Assembly: GCF_963676685.1 (NCBI RefSeq)
Contig: NC_092347.1
Coordinates: 46,500,001-46,564,000, forward strand
Direction: 5' to 3'
Length of the DNA: 64,000 nucleotides
Origin: Mytilus edulis
Lineage: Eukaryota
The notes under the pieces are model-generated. The model was not told where the DNA came from. It ran no database searches and worked only from the letters and a program-made list of their open reading frames with translations. The position numbers were made by a program, and so were the translations under genes. Shown in pieces: positions 38,801 through 49,976 of this stretch. Every line of letters starts with the position of its first letter. Within the stretch, counting starts at the first letter, position 1.

Positions 38801-41800
38801 AAACAATTAATTTTCAGCCAGCATTGAGTGTGACCAACAAAAAAATTAAACTTTCTATTTCAACTGTACAACATGTTAATTTGACATGGGAGCCTTTGGT
38901 TTGCCACTGTTTGAAACATGGCACCTATTAAATTTTTGCATAAAATGACCTACATGTACCAGTTAAACTAGATAATTTAATGCTTTTGCAACAAGTATTA
39001 TCCATTTCATAAATTCAGTGAAATTGGATTTATGTAGTTCCATGGCCACATAATGGCACATTACAAATATAAATGCAAGATCAATATCAGAATCTGTCAG
39101 ATTGGAGTGTTACTCCTATCCGGTTGTATAAAAAGTCTGCTGGGTGTGATGACATGATTGCATAATGTGTGGTTATCATGCAATGGTAGAAATGTCATCT
39201 CCATGATCATATATATATCCATCTATATTATTAATATTGCAACGATTTTCATTTCTACAGATTATCAATTATACTACATTGTAGTTGTATAATGTAATAT
39301 TGTATTTCTATTTTTGGACATATTTAGATAATTTCCTTGTTGTTATACTTAATTCATTTTATTTACTTCTCATAATATAATCACTTCCTTTAATTAAGTA
39401 TTTTGTCCAATGTTTGTAATCTCCATCAATGAGGAAACAGGATCGAATTTATATTTTTAATTTTTTGTTGTTGATTAAGTGACAATGTTTAGTAAATTAG
39501 AAACAATTTTGTGACAATTTCTGCCTATTTTTCTTGTAATAAGTTTTAAATAATGTGCGTTCAATTATTTTTGTGATTACACATTTTTGTGGACCAAAAG
39601 TGTGTTTTGGTGCATTCTTGATTTCAGTTTTTCATCAATTTTGTATACAAGTCTAAAGAAAATTGGTGAAAACCTCAATTTTTGGTTTGAAAACATATCA
39701 TAGCCTCTTTTTTAATCGTTGCATGTAAACATGGCTAACAATACTTGACTGAAGAATCACCAAAAAAAGGATTTTGTAAAAAAAAAAAAAAAAAAAGGAG
39801 CTTTAAAAAAAAACATCCCTACCAAAGCCTTTTGAAATTGACTAACACATATGTTATCTTTCATGATCATTCAATTTAACTTCTATCCTTTTTATATACT
39901 TTTTTAGTATATACTTTCAGTAATTCTTTCATATATTCAAACCTTTGTCAATGAGTATGCCTTTTGGTCATTGCAGGAAATCATTTTTTTTTAAATATTA
40001 CAAGGTACATAGAGACTTAATCTGATTGTCATATGAAACAAATTCATGTTTCTTACAGAGCAGTTCCCTTTGTTACAGTTAAAAGCAAAATTATAAATAA
40101 CAAGAATGTGTCCCAAGTACACAGATGCCCCACTCGCACTATCATTTTCTATGTTCAGTGGACCGTGAAATTAGGGTCAAAACTTTAATTTGGAATTAAA
40201 ATTAGAAAGATCATATCATAGGGAACATGTGTACTAAGTTTCAAGTTGATTAGACTTCAACTTCTTCAAAAACTACCTTGACCAAAAACTTTAACCTGAA
40301 GCGGACGGACGAACGGACGCACAGACGGTACGACGAACGGACGGACGAACGGACGGACGAACGGACAGACGAACGGAGGCACAGACAAGAAAACATAATG
40401 CCCCTCTACTATCGTAGGTGGGGCATAAAAAGGTAATCAAATTTAGTTTTATGTCTTTTTAAACCTAACATTGGGAGGATGGTAAATAATACCTTAAACC
40501 AAGGAAGTATATTATATATGTTATTTATACGTCCTTGCTTAAACATAGCAAATTGATTTATTAATGTTTAACAGCCTATCTGATGTACTGGTTTTTACTC
40601 CATATAGTCAAACACGGAAGCCATCCTTAATTGGAATTATAAAATAGTTACAATGTATCAGCAAATTTTACAACACGCAGGATTTCTTAAGTTAAGCCGA
40701 TCAGGCAAACAAAAGTTTATATTGTACTGGGTATTCATTTGTTTGGTGCACATTATTCATGCGGTTAAACAAAAATCTCTTATTTGATAGTACATTTGTA
40801 CTTAACTCAATAACTATTTCATGGTCGTATCAAAGAAATTTATTTTTTGTATTTTATAGAGTATTTAAGTTCATCAATTATTCTTAACCACCAAAATTTG
40901 TAAGTATTGAACTATCATAAATAAATCCAGTGACTGTAAGCAGTCATTGCGGGATCAAGAACTTTTTATAAACAGATAGAAAACTGACTGCTGATAAGAG
41001 GGGTCTCCCTACAGTCATGCTGTCTGTGATTCCCTATATAACAGGCCTATAGCCAGAAATTTCCAAAGGGGGGTTATTTGAACCCACGAACTCGACTTTA
41101 ACAGTCACAATTCGAACAGAACGTTGACTTTAACAGTGCTTATTTGTTTTCAAGGTGAGGTTCGTCCAAACCCCTCGAACCCCGTGGCTACGGGTATGTA
41201 TAATCAACAAATTTTCCCACAAAAAAGGAATGAATAATTACATGAATTGTAGTTTTTGTCAACTACATGTTAATTATAGATACTGGTATTTAGTCAAATG
41301 TCTTACCTTACACACATTTTAGAAATAACTCAATTCCAATATAACGTTTGTGTCACATATAAACAATCGAGTATAGGTGATAAAATTATAATGGAGAAAG
41401 ACTCATTTGGATACACAAGGTTTCCCCAAACATATCAATAAACAGAAATCTAAATAAGAGAGGTATCTGCATGCCATTATACACTTTGATGAAGTTTGTT
41501 TATAAAAAAAAAGGTTGCACAGTTGTACACAAACTTACGACACGTGTCTTTTCATATGAATGCTGCTACTGCAAGAGCAAAAAAAAATGTTAATTACACA
41601 CAATTTAGATTCCTTCCTGCAAAACAATTTCTAATCATTAACTATTTAAAATTAATTTAGCTTTCAATTCTTAATTAAGAAGTTTAGTACAAAAAAATAC
41701 CAAGGTAACTAAAAATATGCAACTATCTTAGTATCTACAATGTATTTAAGTTTAAAACAGGATCTTTCCTGGTTAGATTTAGAAAAAAATATACAATAAA

Positions 41801-44160
41801 TATCTGCTACAGAAACAGATTAAAGATTAATTTTCTTGACATAATCAAATGTTAATATATTTTTTTTATATAAAAGTTTAATTCTGGATTCCTATTTAAT
41901 TTCAACCTTACAGATATAGATAAAGATCCTCGGCAAGATTCTTTGCTTTGTCTATATAATATCACTCCCTTTCAATTGTAATGTTTTTTGGGTTACTTTG
42001 GAATCTTGGTATGGTTTTTTGGGTTACTTTGGAATCTTGGTATGTTTTTTGGGTTACTTTGGAATCTTGGTAAGTTTTTTGGGGTTACTTTGGAATCTTG
42101 GTAAGTTTTTTGGGGTTACTTTGAAATCTTGGTATGTTTTTTGGGGTTACTTTGGAATCTTGGTAAGTTTTTTTGGGGTACTTTGGAATCTTGGTAAGTT
42201 TTTTTGGGTTACTTTGGAATCTTGGTAAGTTTTTTGGGGTTACTTTAGCATCCTGGTAATTTTTTAGGGTTTGTTGATTAATAACAAAAATTGTCATTTA
42301 AAGCTATAACTCCTAAAGGGATTATCAAATTGTTTTGCTATATTGGTATTTTTGAGTGAAATGAGCTAAAAATCCTTCAATCAAAATTGGAGGCTACAAA
42401 AGTCTAAATTTCCAGCCCTGAGTATGTCATTTTACATTTTTCAAAGGAAATAAAAATGTTCATGATGCACTCTCTGCCATTCCTTCTTATTTCCCAATAA
42501 ATTTGCTCATTTCTATAATCTTGCATTTTTCCACAACTTTAATAATGTATGAAATATTTACCACATTAGGCTCTTAAAGCAAACGGAAGCCAATCAATCA
42601 AAATATCTCCAGCATGTCTCCACCTACAGCTGTTATATACAGGGAACCAGTTTAGAACCAGTTTAGAACCAGTTTCCCAGGACATCAATAATCCAATTTA
42701 TACATGTCATACATACAAAGTTACAAATTGTCCTCAACTTCAATCAGAAATTACTAATTTATCTCTGATGATTGATTTGAATTTGATCACCATATAAACC
42801 AACAGATTTCTGGGAAAAACAAAGCTTTTATCACTAAGTGCTGACCATTGAACAATTTGTCTTATATACCACTCTAATAGGAAACAATTCTGAAATATGT
42901 ATATCCATTGTTATTTATGAAGTATGAGCCATTTCCTCTTTCATACTACAGGAATTTATATAGAGATGTTAACATAAATTGTCGTTAACCTAGAATTATA
43001 AATTTAACGCTCAATAACAAATTGATAGATTGATTGTTGTTTGCTTATCGTCCAGTGGCAAATATTTCATGCATATTCAGGACGAAAACAAGTTCACAAT
43101 AAATACAATAGGTAGGTTGTCATAATGGAGGCCATTTTGGGATGATGGTCGGGGAAATTTGGACTGCCACTGGAAAATGAGAGTATATTGGATAGGGACA
43201 GAAATTTTGCCTTGCAACAGGCCACCTACGGACCCCTCAAAGAGTTGTTGCAAGGGTTCTTAACGTGCAAGGAGCGTGGCACTCTCTTTACATGAGACAT
43301 CGGACATAACGTGCCCATTCTGACCAGACGTGACTGCGAACTTATTACATCCTGCACAGCCAAACGGACACCCCACTTTGGCAAGCGTTATACTGCCGGT
43401 CGGGAGAAGACCAAGTGACCATATTTCTATTCCCCAGTCACCCTTGGGGGCCTCAATAACAAAGGCAGTGTTTATATCAGTATAAAAGATTGGGTCATTT
43501 TAAAATTTTTCATTGAAGTTTTTATTTTTCAATTGGCCATTGATTCTCCAATGATCTATAGGTCAATATCTTTTTTTTTCAGTGAAACAGTTTTCACATG
43601 AATACAACTTTTCTTTAGTACATTAAACCTGGTGCATAAAAACAAAACAAATGAATGACATTAAAAAAATTGCCAAAAAATATGTAAAAGGCTTTGATCT
43701 TTAATGACACTCCTTTTCAATTTTGTAATGTTTTTATAGTTTATGTATGTGACCTTGGCATCTTAACAAGGAAATTCCAAAACTGTGTTCCAATTGACAA
43801 AATATGAATACAAGAAGTTTTATGATATTACGTCAATGTAACAGTATCCTAACAATAGATAAGTGTATTTACAATGAGTTAAAATTCATCAGAAGGAAAT
43901 ATGGTATTGTTTACAACCCAAAATTTACTCGAGTACAGACAAACTAACTTGAGTACAGACAAACTAATGTGTGTACCTAGAAATGTTTTGAGGCCTGGCA
44001 GGACCTAGCTATATATAAGTTATATGCATATGCATTTATGTTACAGAAAAAATTAACACTCATACCGTCAGAGTTCAGTCAGGATGTTTCACTCACTCAG
44101 CCGCCTTTCATGTATGTAGCTGTGGGAACCTGAGATTACCTTACTCCAGATTAACTGCAT
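14723..44160 (-). CDS. GRAMD2: GRAM domain-containing protein, GRAMD2-like (GRAM, disordered linker, C-terminal TM and helix; no VASt/StART-like domain), about 422 aa
   Basis: Minus-strand exons 44097-44160 (candidate first), 35313-35356, 31845-31932, 28077-28180, 24255-24350, 23771-23848, 21716-21760, 20907-21258, 20123-20180, 17808-17849, 17294-17404, 15979-16084, 14723-14803. All introns are GT-AG and phase-compatible, 1269 nt in total. GRAM signature: FHKLFKSVPPEE...YFSCAFIGDILLQGHLYISQNFFCFHS...LEIPMSRVISITREKTALIIPNAI...YTFGSFLTRDSTYK. TM segment: IILAICIIMTLFLIVSAMAL. Confidence 0.85.
15154..15567. mobile_element. TTAA-type MITE (Kolobok-like)
   Basis: TIRs AGGATGTACTTA-GGTGAGGTT / AACCTCACC-TAAGTACATCCT. 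Confidence 0.7.
15979..16084 (-). CDS. GRAMD2-like exon (EKMYSS...EILKSNLQVLEE)
   Basis: Acceptor tttcag, donor gtaaga; amphipathic or coiled-coil helix. Confidence 0.85.
17294..17404 (-). CDS. GRAMD2-like exon (TLFLIVSAMALTYKILLLQVRIDSKDIWSPSSKAQW)
   Basis: Acceptor tttcag, donor gtaagt; end of TM. Confidence 0.85.
17808..17849 (-). CDS. GRAMD2-like exon (IPRTNIILAICII), start of TM
   Basis: Acceptor tgacag, donor gtaagt. Confidence 0.8.
18525..18647 (+). mobile_element. 123-bp hammerhead-bearing insert (Penelope-like pLTR or retrozyme fragment)
   Basis: Flanked by the 8-bp direct repeat TTATTCAG (18517-18524, 18648-18655) and interrupts a palindromic host element. Confidence 0.75.
18571..18614 (+). 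ncRNA. Minimal type I hammerhead ribozyme
   Basis: gcgtca-CTGATGA-gtct tatgt agac-GAAA-c gcgc-GTC-tggcgt: intact core, stem I gcgtca/tggcgt, stem II gtct/agac, palindromic stem III ACGCGCGT, cleavage after C18608. Confidence 0.88.
18794..18960. mobile_element. Second foldback/hairpin element
   Basis: Imperfect inverted arms ggagataac...aagctc...tgatttgatggtt / aaccatcaaatca...gagctt...gttatctcc. Confidence 0.6.
20123..20180 (-). CDS. GRAMD2-like exon (FDCEKMYEAFSQLSLKFQ)
   Basis: Acceptor tcacag, donor gtaatt, phase 1/2. Confidence 0.8.
20907..21258 (-). CDS. GRAMD2-like large linker exon (VPYSLRDQ...KFVPYFFQ)
   Basis: Matches ORF 20854..21258; acceptor tttcag, donor gtaagt. Confidence 0.85.
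21716..21760 (-). CDS. GRAMD2-like exon (SKNLLQNQSSGTESD)
   Basis: Acceptor tttcag, donor gtaagt, phase 0/0. Confidence 0.75.
23771..23848 (-). CDS. GRAMD2-like exon (YTFGSFLTRDSTYKFVIGHWKRCQEM)
   Basis: Acceptor tttcag, donor gtcagt; PH-GRAM terminal helix. Confidence 0.9.
24255..24350 (-). CDS. GRAMD2-like exon (LEIPMSRVISITREKTALIIPNAIGFQTAGKK)
   Basis: Acceptor tttcag, donor gtaaga; GRAM motif KTAxxxPNAI. Confidence 0.92.
25669..25894 (+). mobile_element. MITE of the GGGGGTxTCATTGGGG family with 6-bp TSD
   Basis: TIRs gggggtatcattgggg / ccccaaatgagacccac, TSD CATGAA on both sides, homologous to 12507-12730 and ~61190-61830. Confidence 0.8.
27484..27742. mobile_element. TTAA-type MITE (Kolobok-like)
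   Basis: TIRs AAGGTGGTACC / GGTACCACCTT. Confidence 0.7.
28077..28180 (-). CDS. GRAMD2-like exon (FSCAFIGDILLQGHLYISQNFFCFHSKIRGRGRL)
   Basis: Acceptor tgacag, donor gtaagt; GRAM core motif. Confidence 0.92.
28440..28580 (+). mobile_element. 3' fragment of a second retroposon family ending CCATTTCCATTCTCAATTTTAT
   Basis: A reverse-oriented sister fragment lies at ~35417-35482. Confidence 0.6.
29818..31690 (-). mobile_element. Long HINE with an internal ~499-bp tandem array
   Basis: subTIRs GCTCACCTG/CAGGTGAGC, hairpin GGCTCTCAAGAGCC, GAC microsatellite near 31620, repeat periods 499 and 498. Confidence 0.88.
31845..31932 (-). CDS. GRAMD2-like exon (ETSPTRRNSRYEKFHKLFKSVPPEESPID)
   Basis: Acceptor tttcag, donor gtaagt; start of the GRAM domain. 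Confidence 0.9.
35100..35293. mobile_element. TA-flanked MITE, same family as 8198
   Basis: TA-CTGTGGATTCATT...AATGAATGCACAG-TA. Confidence 0.7.
35313..35356 (-). CDS. GRAMD2-like exon (RSWWTVMSKKDTHK)
   Basis: Acceptor tttttacag, donor gtaggt, in frame with the downstream exon. Confidence 0.65.
40099..40431 (-). mobile_element. Short HINE, second copy
   Basis: Highly similar to 13847-14136, with a longer ACGG microsatellite. Confidence 0.85.
41042..41198. mobile_element. hAT-like MITE
   Basis: CAGGCCTATAGCCA / TGGCTACGGGTATG; relatives at ~35482-35560 and ~52302-52515. Confidence 0.5.
41980..42268. repeat. 30-31-bp minisatellite, about 9 copies
   Basis: Unit ttttttggggttactttggaatcttggtaag. 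Confidence 0.9.
43022..43451 (-). mobile_element. SINE with Deu/Nin-like central domain and AATC tail, probably 5'-truncated
   Basis: 12-bp TSD CTCAATAACAAA (43010-43021, 43452-43463), GCACGTTAAGAACCC motif, CAATCAATC tail. The same tail type occurs in fragments at ~33240, ~34490, ~34805 and ~48540. Confidence 0.75.
44097..44160 (-). CDS. GRAMD2-like candidate first coding exon (MQLIWSKVISGSHSYIHERRL)
   Basis: ATG, 21 codons plus 1 nt, and a strong donor GTGAGT. Its phase 1 fits the next exon. No homology support. Confidence 0.4.
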
Positions 44161-44505
44161 GTTCACAACATGATACAAACAAATTGCTTCAAGTTAATAT
44201 TGTTATCATAATTCAAATAATAATGAAATATAACTTTTAATTCACTTTTTTCAAGATAGCAAAATTTTATTTCCCCCCAAATGATTTATTGATAGTACAA
44301 GTTATATTTTCAGCAGTAATTTGAACTTATCATTTAGTGGTCAAATAGAGTGAACAGGGGGTCCCCGATTCCCACTTCCATCCTCCATAATGCCCATCCA
44401 TTCTTACTACCAGACCTCAAAAATCAGTAAAAAAAATAATCCCAGAATATCCCATTTTATTCCCTCTTCTCCCATTATTCCCACTGTCTCCTACTTCCCT
44501 TGCCC

Positions 44506-44717
44506 TGTCAACGTATATTTGTTCCATCTAACAGAAGTTCCAATGGAAACTTTGTTATAAACATTGTCATAATATCTATTTCCGTTGGAACAAATATTCT
44601 ATACCATTTATTCCGTTAGGAACATATACTGTAATATTTATTCCTGTGGAAATAATATTCCAGAATATTTTTTTCCTTTTGGAACTTATATTATGAAGGA
44701 ACTTCTATTCTGTGACA
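44506..44717. mobile_element. Ginger-like MITE nested in a C-rich MITE remnant (~44355-44777)
   Basis: TGTCA...TGACA termini, 4-bp TSD GCCC, internal TTCCnnnGGAA mini-palindromes. Confidence 0.55.
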
Positions 44718-45184
44718 GCCCGACTCCCACTTCCCATCCCCTAATTCCAATGTTTCCATAATCCTGTCCACCCCCTCTTGACTTGAAAAGTACAATCTTT
44801 AATTACAATGTACCAGGACTTTGAGTATCCTTGCAGCTAAAACTACCATGAAAATTCAAATCATCTTGATTCATGTAAGTCATTTTACTTTTAGGTTTAT
44901 TGATAACTGACTCATTGAGAAGGAAATCTATTTATTCATCAAGAAAGTGAGCAGTATTAACCTTAAAAAATATTTTTCTTGATAAATAGCTTTTCATGAC
45001 ATTGAGATGATTTTACTGGTTAACTAAATCTGACAAGGTAAAATTCTTAACTGGCCATTCTTTTCTATTTTTTTTATTTTAGTTCAATCCATAAACAAAA
45101 TATACATATATTCTTCCTAAAAATTATTCTGAAAAATTATTCTGTAAAATCTAATTAAAAATACAAAATGTAATTCTGAGCGTT

Positions 45185-45512
45185 CCAGGTAAAGGGGAGG
45201 GGGTTGGCGCCAGGAAACTAGTTTACCCCATCCACTACCCCCGGCTGCATGTGCCTGTCCCAAGTCAAGAGCCTGTAATTAAGTGGTTGTTGTTTGTTGC
45301 TGTGCAACATATTTGATTTTCATACATAATATTTTGTACATAAATCAGGCCATTAGTTTTCTGTAATTTTTTTTTTTTACATTTGTCATTTCGGTGACAA
45401 TGTGGTATGGGCTTTGGACATTGTTGAAGGCCATACAACAAAGTTGTTAATTTTCTGTTTCATTTGGTCTCTTGTGATGAGTTGTCTCATTGGCAATCAT
45501 ACCACATCTTTA
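45185..45512 (+). mobile_element. High-copy dispersed SINE-like repeat ending TTGTCTCATTGGCAATCATACCACATCTT, long copy
   Basis: Other copies: ~4605-4765(-), ~6433-6770(-), ~7700-7790(+), ~15690-15920(+), ~17480-17567(+), ~20613-20791(+), ~24510-24580(+), ~26814-26964(-), ~34964-35080(-), ~37436-37508(+), ~48260-48410(-), ~63335-63505(-). Confidence 0.8.
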
Positions 45513-46235
45513 AATTTGTATAAACACCATTCAAAAATGGAAAATTAACAATTAAATAAGCTTACAGTAATTGTTTTTAAATTTATCAATTCAAGTCATT
45601 CTGACAGTATTATAGCCTCTAGACTTTAAAAAAAAACCCACATACATCTATTCTTTTCAAAGTACAGTACCTTTCTTTTCATGTTGATCTTTTTCTGTAT
45701 TTATCCATGGCTTAATTTTTCTGAGTCTACACAACTTTTTACAACCATGCCTCATCTTAATAAGGTCAAACAAGATTCATCAAGATAATGCCACCATCAA
45801 AATGAAACCCCCAATGAAATGTTGGATAAATGTACGATTCCCCATCAATTATCCATCAAGAAATATTGTATTTCAATAGATCAATCAACAATTGATAAAT
45901 AAGTAATAAGAAATAACTAATTAATGGCAAAACATATAATTAAATAGATACTTTAAATCCCAACAGAACACTTTATGTCATAGAATGTAACATTAATTAG
46001 TAATGACACCCCTTACAGGTGTAATATGGTCATTTCAATCTACATAACATAATTATTAGAAATCATTTACAATAAATATTTTATATTGTTGAAAGAGCCA
46101 TAAACTCCTAGACTTTTATCATAATATAAATTATAATTACCTGCCCAATGATTATGATAAACTTCAAGCCTTTTTTTTTACTCTAAAAATCCATCAAAAT
46201 TTGTTACCTCAACTTTGACAATTTATGTTACTCAC

Positions 46236-46444
46236 CGTGGATTCATTTTCGTGGGTATCAATTTTCGTGGTTGCAGAAAGTTTGCACATTCGTGGATATT
46301 TGATTTCGTTGTTTTGCCAATCTCTGTATACAAAGACTATTGAAAATATATTATTCGTTGAACATTTGAATTTGTGGTTCATCTAGATCTGTACCCATGA
46401 AACCCACGAAAATTGGTATCTAATGAATAATAATGAACCCACAC
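46236..46444. mobile_element. MITE, same family as 8198
   Basis: ccgtggattcatt...cccacgaaaattggtatc...aatgaacccaca. Confidence 0.6.
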
Positions 46445-47823
46445 TATACTAACCCTGTCTATTATATTAAAAAAGTTAACTATTTTGTTGAAGTCAACCT
46501 GTATTTCACAATTGAACTTTTACACAGAAATTGAGGTACAGTTTATGACCTGACACACGCCATTCCTTTGCAATACCATTTAATCAAATATAATTGAAGG
46601 ACCATTGACCAAAGATGGTTTCCATTCAAATTTAAATTATTTTGTATAGAATTACCAATAAAATATTGGAGGTAAAAAAATTCACTCATTGACCATTTAT
46701 TAATCATGTTAAAGCAACATACAACATATGCCCTGATATTTTTTTTAAATAAAAGCAAACTTATAATTCTGATTTACAATCTTGATTTTTTAAGATTTAT
46801 AGAACTTAAACAGACTAAACACATAAAAATCTGTGATACAGTGAATTTAAGTTAAGATTGAAAAAGATATTTAAAATGACCCAGGTGCAAAATAAATTCA
46901 GGAGAAATTGACCCTACCACTTTGTTTTAAAATCTGTACAACTACCCCTACAACAACTTGCAAAAATAAATCCTTTGCTATATATACACTTTAAAGTGTA
47001 AAATAAGACTGCTCATTTTCACTATTCGAATAATTTTATCAATAGAATTAAATCTATACAATGTACTTCTAATTATTGTATTTGCAACACCGCTTACCGT
47101 AAGCGAGAAATTAATCACAGTTTTATCAACACAGGATCAAATCAGTTTCCAGTTTACTCTTATATATCATTTCATTTAATCCTAGACTTTCTGGAAGTCT
47201 TCTGATTTAGTTCCGACCAGTCAGAATATAGTACTAGTTTTTAAACTTGTAGAACTCGGCACATTGGTAACGGCTGTGTCTATTTAACAATAATCTGATA
47301 GTAAGGGTTTTTGTTTGACCAAAACGATCAATTGACATATAAAAAATAAACGAAGGCCATTTAAATATTAATAAGGTTTAGAAATGAAACCACTGAGGTG
47401 AATCAAAATTATCTTTAAATCATAAATGTTAATTAGAGTTCAGCTTGAGACCATTGCAGGCCTTCAAATTTAGATTTTAAAGGTCTCTTTTGGGAATCTC
47501 AAAAATAATGACATAATAAAGATTGATTCTTTAAGGTTGTTTTGAAACAACAATCAAGTGACCTTAGAGACACCAAAACAGTCTGGGAAAGAAAACTCTA
47601 AATTTTGACCTGTTAGAGACATTTATCACATGAAATTTTCCTATCAATGATGAAATAGCTAAAAGTGTGGGAGGTTTTGAGAAAGCAAATAAACTTAACA
47701 ACCATCAAAGACAACAAACAATCTGAGAATCCTTTATACTATAAAGTATATCCAATACAAACAAATAAACAAAAGCTATAAGATTTCAAAAATGAACTCA
47801 AAATAATCAAGTGTTGCTGCTAA

Positions 47824-48046
47824 GGCCAAATAAAAATATATGTGTGGTTCCAGTAACCCTACCGGGCTTAAAAATAGCCTACCCTAAAGATTTTATTGTC
47901 ATTTTTCATTAAGAAATCTTAATGTCAGAATGTTGCTCCCATAGACTCAATGTAAAAAAAACCATAAAATAAAAAATACCTACCTACCTACCCTAACTTT
48001 TTTTTTTCAGATGTAACTGGAACCACACATACTTTTTTATTTGGCC
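47824..48046. mobile_element. PIF/Harbinger-type MITE
   Basis: TIRs of about 30 bp (GGCCAAATAAAAA..TATGTGTGGTTCCAGT) and a TAA TSD. Confidence 0.85.
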
Positions 48047-49357
48047 TAAGGGAGACCTAAAAATATATAATGTTACCATCAATTTACTACAGAAGTTGTT
48101 AATTTTCACTGAGTTTAAGTTTTTTTTTCTAGGGTCATACTAGTTTGTGAGGCCTTTTAGCTTCATGTTTTTCATATCTGTGATGTTTCTTAATATCATA
48201 TATTAAATTTTATGCAGTAGTAAGCCATTTACTTCTAAAAAATACAAATACTAGTAAATAGATATAGGGAGATGTGTTATGAGTGCCAATGAGACAACTC
48301 TCCGTCCAAGTAACAATTTATAAAAGTAAACCATTAATGGTCAAGGTACGTCCTTCAACACAGAGCCTAATGGTTCACACTGAACAGCAAACTATGAAGG
48401 GTCCCAAAATAGATTTTTTTCTCAGAAATTGGTACTTCTACCATTGTTACACAACTATTTATTACCCTTTCATGCCCTTCATCTCTATAAGCCCACTTGA
48501 AGAACCTACATTTTGTATACCTGTTTATTTGTTTTCCTCCTGATTGATTATGAATGAAATATTTGCCACAGGACATAAGGCAAACAACTGTTACAATGAA
48601 TCAGTCTTTCATTTTATTACCAATGTAATTACAGAACTGTTATAACATCGGTCTGTGAGATAAATAAATCATATTCAAACTAATCAAATGATCCTGTATG
48701 ACAAGGAAAAGTCAAGTTCTTCAGTTCCACAAAGTTTGTCCACACAATACTCTTCTCTAATTTGTCAAATGTTAACACTCCACATTATTGTGCCATGAAT
48801 AGAAAATTAGTATGTTAACAAAAAGACTGTGGATTGTATTTTATGCTATTAAAGTTGATAAAAAATTTCTGCATAAATTTGTTTCTGTTTCAACTGTATT
48901 TAACGTTTTTTTAAATTTTGTTTCCCCTATCTTGGATTAAAAAAAACATGAAATAAATTCGATGTGATTTTTTCCATGAAAAGCATGTGTCACCTGCATA
49001 TTTTAAATTACCGGTAAGTTATTGAAATATGTGTTTCTAATCCATACAGAAAAGCTACATAATCTGAGAAATCTATATATTGAATACAACACCTTTGCAC
49101 GAAGTTAACTCCTTGTATAAGAAGCTGTCATTTCAAATTTGATTTGTTTCTGCAGTTGCATAATTTTTTAAGAGGGGATTCAAAAAACAGGAGCAATTAA
49201 AGGATGTGAAAAAACATCAAATGGTAAACTTAACATCATCATCATGCACATAAATGTTGATAACAATCATATGAAATAGTATCATTAATTTATCTTCTCT
49301 CACTCTTAATAGCCACACCCTGCACAAAGAATAGGAAAGTTCATTTAAAAATTTTAA

Positions 49358-49976
49358 GGGCATACGATACAGTTTTGAACCTGTATTTACAAGTTGATGA
49401 AAATTTGCATATAGGCTATTTTTTACCTGATTAAATCATATATGTCATAAAAAATATACCTTCATGTGCTACTCTTTGAGTAAAATGAGGTCGAAATTTT
49501 GTATATTTGCTCAAAATTCAGATTTGTGTCCGTATTTTCTTTTTCGAAAGAACAACATAACTTTTTTTCTTTAAAAGATAAACACAAATTGTTTTTTGTT
49601 AAATAATCGGTAATTTCTGTATTTTATAAGTATCATTAAAAATTATGCAATTTTTATTCCGAAATAACTCTATATTTATCAAATGTTAATGAATAGAGGA
49701 AAAACGTCATTTTTTGCTGCATGTTTATTAACATTTAAAAAATTGCGCTATTTACAGTTTTATAAAATTTGGGTCACATAATCTCCTTGCAAAATGAAAC
49801 AAATTGCTATTTTAAAAAATAGGGGTCCATGCACTTGTTTTCAAATTAAATCAGTTTGAATGATAAAAATCAGTTAAAAAATGCATCTTTTCCCGATATG
49901 TCATAGTTTGAAGTCGCGAAAATAACATTTTACGTTAGCAACGCCATTACCTTCCCTGTAACTGTATTGTATGCCC
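49358..49976. mobile_element. TTAA-target non-autonomous DNA transposon (Kolobok-like)
   Basis: TIRs GGGCATACGATACAGTT / AACTGTATTGTATGCCC, TTAA on both sides. Confidence 0.85.

Noticed and set aside
41980-42297. CRISPR-like array or repetitive membrane peptide
   Set aside because: The units are head-to-tail with no unique spacers, there are no cas genes, and the context is eukaryotic.
47091-47105. Palindrome CGCTTAC-C-GTAAGCG with a donor-like motif on both strands
   Set aside because: It is short, and no supportable exon or TSD is associated with it.
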